Assembly (NCBI GenBank): GCA_030265395.1
Contig: JARFYF010000112.1
Location: 74,323,529 to 74,387,528 of the forward strand
Direction of reading: 5' to 3'
Length of the DNA: 64,000 bases
Source of the DNA: Rhina ancylostomus
Taxonomy: Eukaryota
Shown: piece after piece, positions 1 to 11,640 of the stretch
Layout of the letters: every line of letters begins with the position of its first letter
Numbering within the stretch: the first letter of the stretch is position 1
Translations under genes and position numbers: made by a program
The notes under the pieces: model-generated
What the model was told of the DNA's origin: nothing
What the model saw: the letters and a program-made list of their open reading frames with translations, nothing else
Database searches by the model: none

Positions 1-1079
1 TGGGAGACAAACTTTGCACTGAAGTGGCTTATGAACCCAACTGTGTAATCCTCATGCATGTGGGTAGTATGCCATGTGAAATGTGATGCAGCGGGCCACT
101 GGCATGCTGCTTGGTCTACTTCACAATATTTTTCAAATTCATTATGCTTTGTGGCACATTGCACCAGACCTCCCCCACTGAGGGCAACAGTCCTAGACAC
201 CAGCTTTACAGATGGGAGCTAAGGGGGAGCAGAGAGCAAGAGAGGAAACAAATCAAGTCTTGTCCAGAATGTCCATGAACAACTCACCTGAATGCAACAA
301 ACAAAACTCATTATTCCACTTTCCTGTAGAGGACCTACTCCAGACCCAACTGCTCCTCTGTCACAGGACTCCACTTGGCCACAATGCAAAAATAAAATCC
401 AATGTAGATTTTGCAAACCTGTGTTATATTATCAAAGCTTGTCATCAAGCCTCTTCAGACCAGTGCATAGAAACAACAAATGACCTTCAAAATGTTCACA
501 GCCCTGCGAGTGAAGAAAAATTTCCCGATCATGGCTCTGAATAGGTGACCCCTTTTTCGTTGAAACTCTAGCCAAGTGTGGTGTCTCTCCTGTAGAGCTC
601 CATGAGAAAGTAAGTGATTCAATGAAGTGAAATTCTGTTTTCACTTGCCACAGAATTTTTAACCTTGAGCTCAGGAGAGTCAGGGCGGTAGGTGGGGCCG
701 GGGGGGGGGGGAGGTTGGGACAGAGGGTACAGGCAAAGCATTCATGGTCCAGGAAGCACAACTGAATTTACTCCACTCTAGCTTGGTTGGTTGAGACCTT
801 TAATGCTGGGACGGCAGCTTGGAGCTCTGCAGTCCGGGGTAGGTTGGGTTATGCGTCAAACGTGGAGCAATTAAATCTCTTCTGTGTAATGAAGTTGTTT
901 TAGGTTGGAGCCCAGTGTTTGAAACCCCTTCAAATGAAGAACATTTAAAGAGAAAGCGTGCAAGGGAAGATATTTTAAAAATCTAATAACTTGAGAGAAA
1001 GTGTGTGGAGATACGAGAAACAAATAAGCAAATACAGTAAGTAGAATTTACAGCATTAAAATAGGCTTAATAATGATTC

Positions 1080-1562
1080 ACATGGGACTCCTCCCATGTA
1101 TCCCAACCGCTTGACGTGTCCTCTTCGCCCGAACATACTCCTTCATCATTCCTTAAGCACACATTCCTGTCTGCAGCAAGAAAAGCAACTTCGGTTTCCA
1201 AAATACATCTGATGAATATTATGAGAAACTATTTTTTTTCCGGAACAAGCATCCTATTTAGGGTACACTTACACTTAACAATCACTGACTCATAAAACGG
1301 ACAAGTGAGTGCACAATCACACGCGTAAATGCTGCAGACAATTAAAGCTCAGAGACGTTGGCTGAAGACATTGCCCTTTTAAATTTTTCGGAGGGTGGGA
1401 AGTGGGGGCAGAAGACGCTTGCTTGACAAGGAGCATGCGCGTCAACTAATAGCGAGTAAAGTTTGTTTCGAGAGTTTGAAACGGGTTCAAGTACAGAGCG
1501 TCTAAAGAGAGAGAGTGACCGAGCGGGTGGGAGGAGCAGAAGGGAGATTGGCTGGAGTATCA
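1080..1562 (+). promoter_or_regulatory. Probable promoter/5'UTR of the Rab38-like gene
   Basis: CpG dinucleotides are locally retained just upstream of the ATG at 1563, against a CpG-poor background. The region has TGACTCA (AP-1) at 1286-1292, TGACGT (CRE-like) near 1112 and GCATGCGCGTCA near 1432. The TSS cannot be determined. Confidence 0.5.
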
Positions 1563-1764
1563 ATGGAGAAAGCTCAGAAAGAATATCTATTCAAGATATT
1601 AGTGATTGGAGATCTGGGCGTTGGAAAGACCAGCATCATTAAGCGGTACGTCCATCAGATCTTTTCGCAACACTACAGAGCCACCATCGGTGTGGACTTC
1701 GCCCTGAAAGTGCTGAATTGGGAAGAGGACACAGTGGTGAGGCTACAGCTTTGGGACATTGCAG
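1563..1764 (+). CDS. RAB38: Rab38/Rab32-subfamily small GTPase, coding exon 1
   Basis: Translation MEKAQKEYLFKILVIGDLGVGKTSIIKRYVHQIFSQHYRATIGVDFALKVLNW...RLQLWDIAG. It has the P-loop GDLGVGKT and the WDIAGQE motif diagnostic of Rab32/38/29. Donor G|GTAAGA at 1764/1765, phase 1. The symbol is given at subfamily level, as orthology versus paralogy is unresolved. Confidence 0.95.
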
Positions 1765-4700
1765 GTAAGAGTGGGTATTGGGGCTGGTTAATTGTGTATT
1801 CTCTGTACGTGAATCCATGCCTGATTGGAGTGCTTTATGCCTAAGAGTTAAGTAATTTGGTATTCTCCCCGAATCAAACCATTACGAGACTTTTTGTTGC
1901 AGTCAGTGATACTCTTTCATAACATCATGTATATCGCCGCAAACTGAACCATAATGTAAAGCAGCGCAATTACGAATAATGCCCGTGTTTTGACCATCAA
2001 TCAGTAAGTTGGTGAGTGAGACTTGAAGGCTCGATATTCCAAGACTTGTTTATCACTGCTCGCCCTTCCATCTGACGGCAGGAGTGATGACTCTTTCTGA
2101 AGCAGCTTTCTCAACAAACAACGAATTTGCAACTGCCTGTGAAACTTCACATCTTTATTTGAGCGTTCGCCGCTTTTTTTTCAGGCTGCCATTCTAAGAC
2201 GTCGAGAGTAGGCGGTAATTAAATTGAATTTGCTGTTCCCCTGGACAGGACCTATCTGGGCAATCTTCCACATGGTCAGGTATTGATGTAACTACCTCTA
2301 GTTTAGAGGCGTGGTTAGTTCTGGAGTGCATGCCTTCAGTACTACAGCTGGAATGTTGTCTGATCTGATAACCAAACACAATCTCCAGTGTTCTTAAGCC
2401 GTTTATTTATCATGTGAAGTATATTCTCTTCTGTGGTTGAGAGGAACCAAGGGAAGGCTCAACCACACAGCTGCCCACGCTGGAGTTGGCTGCAAATGCT
2501 CCAGGCTCTCCTTGGCCCTTTATCTCTGCCGTTCAGGATGTCCTTAGAACAACCTCCTGGCGTTAACCTCTCCACATTCATGACTAGATGTGGATAGACT
2601 GTTGTATGATTGCTTAGCTCTGTCTGTTGGATGATTCTTTTTTTTGCTATTAATTACACATATTTGGAATGTATTGAGGCTGAGAAAGCTTTAACTGCAT
2701 TAGAAGTATTATGGGAAATGGAGCAATCCTGAAGAAAAAGCTGCTTTATTTGGTTTGTACAATAATTGTTATATTAGATCAACTCTTGATACTGATATTG
2801 ATGCTCTAAGTATTCTTGGTAAGGTTTAGGAAAGGAAAACTGAGAATCCCTGGAATTTTTATTGTACTTTTATCTATGTTTCTTAGGCTGGGGGCAGGAG
2901 GTATAAACTTTGAGCGTTTTAATAGTTCAGTGATCAGTAAATCATTTGTTCTTCCCCTCCATCTTATTGAGAAAGGAGGAAGTGGCTGGAGGTCTAAAGT
3001 CTGCAGGTGACTTCCCCTTCAAACCAAAGGTATGAGGTGGTTATCAACTCCTACCAGGCTGGTTGAGCACCTGGACATTCCAGTCTGTACAGTGCAACAG
3101 CTTTGAGTGTATGCATTTACCAGGGAAGTGCATTAAGGCCTTGACTGTAAAATTGACTCCTGCCACATAGATAAGCCTTAAAAAGTACTTCTGTACAGTT
3201 CTGTCTTCTATTCTGTTGCTTTAATAAACTCCTACATGGGCTTCTTTAATGTTTTATTTGGGTCACTAGTCATGTAGTATTCAAGGGTTTGGACGAATGC
3301 TAGACATGTATTTCCTTCATCTCAAATGCATGTTTGAACAAGCAAGCAATGCTAAAGATCAAAGGACTGACCTCATCATGCTGTGGAAGCTGAGAAGACC
3401 TGAGGAGGTGCTGGCACAGGCAAGCAGAGTCTAAAAATTGCTCCTAAAATACCAAAAATTACATTCTGAATGGGCAGGTTTTTATCTGATTTGACTGGCC
3501 CACTATTAATGATCTAATTCTTGTAATGGACTGGATGTTGCTACAGAATATCATCTTCTCCATCATTGCCCAGTTATTTGTGTAGAGGGGTAGTGTTTCA
3601 AATCTATTTTAAAATCACTTCTGATTCCCATGTTCTATTTTGGGTCTAAATCAGCATTTCTACCCCTTTAAATAGCTATTCAAACATTGAATGGGTAAAA
3701 GTCCATGCAATTTCTACTTGAGTGTCACCTGAATCCATTTGAGTGAAGTTAAAGCCAACATTTGTTGTGAAATGCAACTCTTGGGAAAAGTAGCAAATGC
3801 ACCATAGAAAACTTTCCATGTTGAATCCCATTTTTCCCCTTAACAGTTGTACACTCTTATCATGCATCAGTTTTTGTAACGTGTAGACCCAATATTACTC
3901 AAGTCTGCCTTGAGGGTTGTAGCATATGATCAGCACAGTGGCAACTGTTTCTAGGGGAAGTTTTCAGAAAGTCTCCAGAGAGGCTGCTTGTCCATCTCTG
4001 GATCAGAAGCACAGCTGAAAGAAATGCTTTGTCCCTCAGTTTCAAACTTAATAAATTAATTTGTTGTTTAACTTGCTATCTGGATGACCTCTGCCTTTAG
4101 AAAATGATAACAATATAGACTCGTTCCAATTGGTAAGATTTAAGAAACTTTAAGTGGGATTACAAATCTTGTCACGTTGATTATATCCCAGTATATAAAA
4201 TCAATAATTCAGCAGAAAGGGGTCATTTCAGATCTAGGTGTTCACCAGCTCTTCATGGAGCATCTTTCTTTCCTCCCACACCCAATTTCCTTGCATTTCA
4301 CCCAGTATTTGTACATTTCTCTGCAGAATATCAGCATCTGGTAAAGCAGTTGAAGCGCTTATGGGGAAAGAAAAGCGTTGTCTTAAGGCCTCTTGTGTAA
4401 AAAGAAGCCATTTTCTGTGAATTAGTTTGCATTTCTTTCAGACACACAATTTTAGTTTGAGTTGGAGACTGCCAAGCTATTGTCCATGGACTAAATTTAT
4501 GCCAGGGCAACATTTGACTCGGCTCATCAAAGGGAAGGCCACATAAGTGGCCCAAGTTCTTGTCCGTGGTAGAGAAAGCCTTTCTTTATGATGTTCCTCC
4601 ATTGTGAATTTAGAAGAAATGAGTTTGAGGAGAACACTTTAATCCTAGCAATAAGCCAGGTGTGGTTGGGCCTGGATCCTCAATCTTTTTCTCATAAGCA

Positions 4701-5885
4701 TTACAATGCACAATGGTGTTTTGCACAAATGTCAGGCAAACAGTTTGCACTGACTGAAATCATATTGTGCACTACACACAACTACAAAAGTGGCATTAAC
4801 AATTTTTGCTTGTGGTCTTCCCTGACTGGAAAGTGGCCCTTCAAGCCTATTGGGTATCCTGTACTGAATTCAACTGAAATGGATTTGGCCTTGTGCTGTC
4901 AAGTATGAGAGTAACCTGGTATTGCTTCTAATGACATTCAGTTCTACCATCTTNNNGCCAGGCTAATAAACATAACTGGATTTGTTTTAATCTGCTCTTG
5001 TAAAAAAAAATCTGTATCACTTGTAGTTTGGTGGTTGGCACAAAATTACTGGTCAGTGATACACAAGGGCAAAGGGCACCAAGAAACAAGATCCAGTTTT
5101 GGAAGCACTGGTGGGAAATTGGGAATTACTGTGCAAATTTACTATTTTTCGTGCATGGTTTGTGTACAAATTGCATAATGTGAAACTCTGACACCAGTAT
5201 AAAAGCTCCTAAATACAAAAGGAATTGTAGTTTGAAGGCAATGATTCTCTTGCCTCATTTGGTATTTTTGGTCTGTGACACATGCTGTGGTTCTAGTTCC
5301 AAATAGATTTGGTTCCAGAATGAGCTGAAAGACTCCATCCCTTGCAGTGTTGTTGTGTCACCCCAAAAGCCAGGAGTTGTCAAGTGACTGAGTGAAGGGG
5401 TTCTCTGGAGCAGGAAAAGATCTGAGTTCAGGTTTTTGATGCCCTGAACAAATCCTGTTTCAGTTTGATTTGTTAAACTGGGAAAATTAAACTTGTTTAA
5501 AAATAGCTGTGGGGATTTTGCTGCTTTAAAAATATTAGATTCATTTCCAAATAAGGCCTTGTGTACATGAGTGCCTGAACACTTCATATTGTTGCAATAA
5601 CCTCCTTATGATGACATTTTAAAACAGGGATGTACCTAGTAATTTGTGCAGACTGACCACATCCTATCATGGAATTCTAGTCCTTTTCAAACCTCATTTT
5701 CAAAATCTTGACTTTTTTTTTGTAAACCAACTACTGCTGCTTCCCAGACTCCACATTGCTTTAGCACTGCTCTTATGCTCCAACATTCCTCTTGCCCAGT
5801 ACTTAGGTCCCTTTGGCCATTACTCCAATGTCTTGCTAAGTGTCATTGGTATATTAAACTTCACTCCTCTCTTGTGTCTGCCCTG

Positions 5886-6080
5886 AAACACTGCCACTGA
5901 ATATTACAGGTGAATGTTTAGACTCTCTCATTTTTATTGGAGATGAACATTGTCTGACAGTTNNNNNNNNNNNNNNNNNNNNNNNNNNNNTTATTGGCCA
6001 CTTAACTGTCAGACAATTTTCATCTCCAATAAAAATGAGAGAGTCTAAACATTCACCTGTAATATTCAGTGGCAGTGTTT
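5886..6080. repeat. Near-perfect 77-bp inverted repeat around a short gap
   Basis: 5886-5962 (aaacactgccactgaatattac...ctgacagtt) is the reverse complement of 6004-6080, with a single mismatch seen. Confidence 0.85.
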
Positions 6081-6439
6081 ATATTTGGTAAATGTCCCAG
6101 CTGCTTTTTCTTTATCTCTCCACAAAGTTGTTGTGGAAACAAGGTCATTGAAGCAACTGAGGATGCCTGGGACACTTCCCTTGGGGCCACCTGGAGTTGT
6201 AAATGAGATTTTTGTTTCTTGATTTTTTTGAAATCAGAATTGAGTCTGCATCACCTGCAATGAAATACAGTTGATCTAACTTTGCAATCCCTCAAGTAGG
6301 AAAGATCCTACAGTGAGTTGATTTTAAATCTGCAGTTTACTTCAAGTTTTTGTTCACTAACTGGACATACCTTGGATTAAATTTCCAATGAAGACACTGA
6401 ATCCAAGAAATTATATTTGCAGCAGCATTTGTTATTTGT

Positions 6440-6546
6440 CTCAAAGTGCCTTGTAGATAATTTAATTTCAAAAACACAGCAGTAAATTCCTGCAAATGGC
6501 TATGTAATGACCATGGTGACTGAAGGATAAATATTAGCCAGGATGC
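6440..6546 (-). mobile_element. Deu-domain SINE remnant
   Basis: gactgaaggataaatattagccaggatg resembles the reverse of the Deu-SINE motif tcctggccaatatttatccctca. Confidence 0.4.
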
Positions 6547-8499
6547 AAAGGGAATGGGAGGGGGAGGAGGGTGGAGGAGTCACTGATTTCAAAATGGGAT
6601 CAAGTTTATTGTGTCAGCTAGAGGTGGGGTGGGTGGGCATGTATTCTGCAGTCTCTTGCCAGCAGTTAATCCTTGAATTGCTGTTGCTTGCACCTTCCTG
6701 TCATGAGCATCTTTTTAAACAAAAAACAATCCACCCTTTAGATCAATAGAAAGTACTTCAAGTATATCTCAGAGCTGATCACAACTGAAGTTGGTGTATT
6801 TTCCTGTGAGGAATTTTAGGTTATTACTGTTAAGAGATGGCACAATGACTAATTTCAAACTGCTCCAGAGTACAAAATAATGCTTGTGCATTGACAAGTG
6901 CTTCAAGTCCAACTTTCTCTCTAATGGTAGTGAGCATTTCCAATATTTTGGAGTACATGGTGGTCCTTCTGTTGTGCTCCACTGAGGTTGGTTTGCCTGC
7001 ACTCTAATTTAAAGGTAATTAACTTCCTTTTTTAATAGGAAGCCAAAAAGACCCAACACGTGGGTTGGAAGGTGTGACTGTGATCTGTGTCACCAGAGGG
7101 GCACTGTAGCTGGTGATAAGAAGTCTTTAATTATCACAAGTAGCTGTTCTCTTGGTGACCCTCTTGGTAGAGCCTTCCAAACTCAGTGTATCACACTTTT
7201 ATACCCTTCAGATCAAAAGTAACAGTAGGTGATTCAATCCAAATTCAATAGCTACTGTAATATTTTGAGTCTAAATGCTTCCATTTGAGCTGCATATCTA
7301 CAATGGGGGACACCTGAATGTTCAAACACCTTTGCTGGGACACAGTAATTCACAAGGATGGTCAAAAGCTTCTGAAGACAGAATTCAGACACTCAAAATT
7401 AATGTTGTCAAATACTCAATGATTGATAGAGCAAGTATGCCTGTGACCATATTTGCTGTGCTAAGTGACAATATCAGTCTGGTCTGCAAGCTTCTGTCAC
7501 AATGGTGCAAAATAACTTGGCCCATGTTGCCTAGGTTGATGCAGGCTAATTAATATGCCCCCATTGTCTTGTTTTGCTGATGCATATGAGAACATCTCAT
7601 GGTCACTTCACCTTGCAAACCATATCTCTTGAGCAGTCAGCCCCCTGCTCTGGGCTAGCAGCCTGTGCTGTGTAGATAGTGCTGTTTGTTTACAAAGTTG
7701 TCCTTTAACTTCAAACTGATTTTCTGCTTGCAATATACATTAAGAACTGAAGACTGGTCCTTGTTTGGATTAATGTCTGCTCTATTCACACTATTCCATA
7801 ACTCCTGAATCCCTAACAGGATAAAGCTTCATCACAAAAGCCTGGGGAAGTGAACTGAGCTGCCCTGCTGTCTGCTTCCCTTTTGGGAATTGCACCATCA
7901 GGTGGCGGTGACCAGGGAGTCAATGCATCTGATGTCCTGGGGATGGACGCTCACCAGCTGTCAGGGCTGCAGGAGCTTGGGGCTGGCTGCAAGGTCAGTA
8001 AAATCCAGTTCTTACAGCCTGGTGCTGGTCTCCTTGAAGAAATCTTCCTTGGACTATTGGAAAGAACTGGTTTGGACCAAGTGATCATTAGTTCTCAATG
8101 TCTATACCTTGATATTGACAAAACTAAATGGGACTTCTTTTAATGAGACTATAATAGAGAAGAGACCACCTTCAGGATATAAATTGAACAAATTTTCCAA
8201 GATTTTTAATGTTTNNNNNNNGTTGTTTGGGATCTCCAGAATGGGTAGCACAAGTCGCCAGGCTTGTTGGGAAATATTTTTTGCATGCAAATATGATTAT
8301 AAATTTGAAACTTTATTCTGGAAACTAAACTTGGGTAAATTGTCTTTAATTGCAAATTCAAAGGTTTTAAGAAATCCTGAGGGGAAAGGATGGGGACATG
8401 GTGATCAGTGATCATTGGCAGAAAAGTTGAGTCGCAAAGTGGTTTTGTTCCATGTTACCAATACAGCCAACCTCTGGTCCATTCTCTCCCTTTCCCTGA

Positions 8500-8810
8500 C
8501 CACCTCCCACTCACTAGGATGGGTCTGAAGCCACAAGTCATCCAGACAGTACAAGGATGACAGATTTCCTCCCCTGAATATTGGTGAAACAGGTGGCTTT
8601 TTGCGATGATCTGCTTGTTTCATGATGCTTAAGTTTCTTTCCAATTCCGGATCATTAACTGAATTGAAATCCCACAGCTGCCAGGGTGGGATTTGAACTT
8701 GGATGCGGGCTGGATTGCTGTAAATCATTAACTTGTGTGGAGGGGAAGGTGGATGGGGGCTGGATTGCTATGGATTACTAGCTGGGTAATTTAACTGCTG
8801 CAATACCACT
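8500..8810 (-). mobile_element. Decayed tRNA-derived SINE
   Basis: Reverse strand has a B-box-like gttcaaatcccacc followed by a ...ggaggaaatctgtcatccttg...tgacttgtggcttcagaccc body typical of elasmobranch SINEs. Confidence 0.55.
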
Positions 8811-9584
8811 TGCAATGTAGGAATTCTATTTGTTACTTTTAATTTCTGCCAATAGTAGCTCCTAAAGTCTGTTCTGAATTGCTGGTGCACTGGATGAAGT
8901 TTGGGATTGGAGTTTATCATTAAATAGCATTGAAAACCTTCCTGCTGCCAATATATATGACAGTTATTGGTGTCAGAGAAGCAAGGTGAGGGTGGGGTAC
9001 TTCATTGATTTATCTGAAGAGCAACTTTTCTAATGAGTTTTGTAATACAGTTCAGCTTGGATATTTGTTTCAGTTCTGTAACTGGCAGTGAACAGTATAC
9101 TTAGGGCTGCTTTTTTCCCCTTGTATTCTGAATATTTCTACTGGCCATTATCAGTGTGGCAAAAACATACTCCTAAGAATTTCTGAAGTTATCTGGGCTG
9201 AAAACTGCAATTACTGATAACTGGGTTCAGAATTTTGCCATATCCCAATTTATTGTCTGCTTCATACAGTACAAATGTACAAGAATCATTGAAAAGTTTG
9301 GCAGACACACAGACTTGTCAAGCTTCTGCAACTTGTCTTTTGTTAGTGATTCCTATAGCAACTTGATCAATGACAAATTTTAAACAATTGGAAAATTACC
9401 ATTTTAAGCTAATGTAATCATCATTATAATAATGAGTCCTGATAATTTCCCATCAATTACTTGTGTACTTAAAGGATCATAAGTCTCCTGTGTGAATTGG
9501 ATGCAGTCTCTAGGAATCACCAAAAAGCCTTTAATCTAGACAGGCGGTGGCTAAATTGCAATTTGGGTTAGAAATTATTTAAAC

Positions 9585-9805
9585 CGGCTGTTTCCTTGGG
9601 TGCTCAAGTTTCCTCCCTCTTAACAAAGATATGCTGGTTGGTAGGTTGGCTAAATTTCCCTAAGTGGGTAGGATTTTGAGAGTTGATGAGAATGTGGGGA
9701 GCACAATATATAAAACCTACAGATGGGATTAATGTAGGATTAGTGTAAATGGGTGGCTGATGGTCAGTATGGACTCTGGGATGAAAGGCCTATACTTCTG
9801 TACTG
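9585..9805 (+). mobile_element. HE1-like V-SINE remnant with CR1-type tail
   Basis: V-domain-like gtttccttgggtgctcaagtttcctccc, and tail ggattagtgtaaatgggtggctgatggtcag...gaaaggcct...ttctgtactg. Confidence 0.6.
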
Positions 9806-10639
9806 AATTACTGAAGTTGACTGTCAGTAGTCACTAATCTGAAATGACTGAGGTAATTAACTCCACAGCTATAGTGCAAGTACAGGCACTTTATGCAAAT
9901 TTGTATGAAGCTTTATACATTGAATTTGGGGGCAAGGGTAAATCCCTGATAGCACTTGCACAAGGCTAACTGGATCAATGGATCTTCAATATATCATTTT
10001 CCACATGGTGCATCTGTGATAGTGTTGTAGTTTGCTCACAATTTGACTCTCCATTACAAGAATTATTTTGTGATGAGAATTGCTTCACAGGACACAAGCC
10101 ACTGACAAAACTTCAATTTTATTTTGCCAGGTTGGGAAAGGAGGAAGGAACAGTTAATGAAGGCAATTGGTGTGCATTTGAAATGATCTTTCCCAGCTAA
10201 ATTCAACTTAAATTCTAACTTGGAAATGAGAATGTTACATTGACTTTAAGGGAAACAGTTGTTTCATCTAATGATGCAGTAATATGATCATGGACCTTAC
10301 ATTCAGGCTTGGAAGTAGTTTTGTTCAACAAATCACACAATTTGGATATTTCAAACTGCTATATTTTGAGGATTGAGTGCCTGTTACCTCCTGTGATCTT
10401 AACCTACACCCATAAGGATGCCCAAATCATAAACCAGCAGTTAGAACAGATAACCCTTGTATTTCAGGGTTTGAGGGCAAAGCTATTCTTCAGTACTTGG
10501 GAGCACATTGGATTTATTTTTTTCGTGTTCTTGGGATATGAGTACTTTTGTTTTAAAGTTCATCTAGGGGGTGTGGAGATCAGAGCTAATATTACAAATG
10601 GACAACTGATACAGACTGGGAAGTCAAGTTGCCTTAAAT

Positions 10640-11640
10640 TGTAGAATTCAGCAAGTCCAGAGGCTGCGACGTGCGTAGAAGGCAATTGAAGTGGATTCTT
10701 CAAGCTTGTGTTGGGCCTCACTGTGACAGTATAGGAAGCCACAGAGTGGGATTGGGAATTGCCTTTGCAGGTAAGGGAAGCTCTGGATTGCCCCTGCAGA
10801 CTGGATGCAGATGTTCCACAAGGCAATCAACCAATCTGCATCTTTTTCTTCCAATGTAGAGGAGACCACATCGTGAACACTGAATGCAGTAATACTAGAT
10901 TGGAAGAAATGCGAGTGAATTGCTGCTTCATCTGGAAAGACTCTTTCCAACCTGGGTGGTGAGAAGGAAGAGGTGAAAGGACAAGTGTTGCATTACCTGA
11001 GGTTGTAAGAAGGGGGGAGGGGGTGGTTAGTGGGAATGGAAAAGTGGGCCAAGGAATCACAAAAGGAAAAGTCCATGCAAAGTGCTTAAAGGCAGGAGAG
11101 GGGAAGGTGTGTCTGATGGTGGAATCTCTTTGAAGGTGGCAGGAATTGCAGAGAATGATCTAAATGTTGAGGATAGAAGGTGAAGGCCTAGAGAATGTCA
11201 TCCTGGAGGAGAGGGGCTACAAGCAGAGGCTCAGGAAATGGATGAGGTGTAATCAAGAACTTCATTAACAATGGTAGAGGGGAAACCACAATTCAGGAAG
11301 AATTTTGGAGGCTCCTGTACAGGAAATTTCATTAGATTAAATAAGACAGAGGAACTAGGAGAATTGAATAGTTCTGACAGAAGACTGGAAGATGAAGAGT
11401 CGTCAAGGAAGCTGTTGGAGTTGGAAGGCTAGCTACCAATATCCATACAAGCTTCTCTCTGGAGATGGAGACAGATCACTAAAAAGGAAAGGAAGAGTTG
11501 GTGACGGTGTGAAGGTGAAGGCAGGGTGGAAATTGGGAACAAAAGTAATGAAACAGTTTGGGTACCAATGCAGTTTTTAATGTACCAGAAAGAGTTGAGG
11601 GAATAGGCCTGGATAGGATGTGTCCCAAATGATATTTCTC
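10640..11640 (-). mobile_element. Penelope-like retroelement fragment containing a decayed GIY-YIG endonuclease
   Basis: The minus strand reads SFQMKQQFTRISSNLV and, after a frameshift, YCIQCSRCGLLYIGRKRCRLVDCLVEHL (about 10945-10795). This is the PLE FTC..SNLVYCIxCxxC..YIG motif. Boundaries are approximate. Confidence 0.75.

Noticed and set aside
212-544. 110-aa ATG-initiated ORF upstream of the Rab gene
   Set aside because: No recognisable domain, no splice support and no clear codon bias. An ORF of this length is expected by chance.
1515-1562. N-terminal extension MTERVGGAEGRLAGVS of the Rab ORF
   Set aside because: It starts at GTG. The ATG at 1563 matches the Rab38 start position and gives the expected 202-nt first coding exon.
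7090-7106. CTCF-like motif caccagaggggcac (also near 29729 and 7895)
   Set aside because: Spacing or core mismatches to the consensus make these too weak to call.
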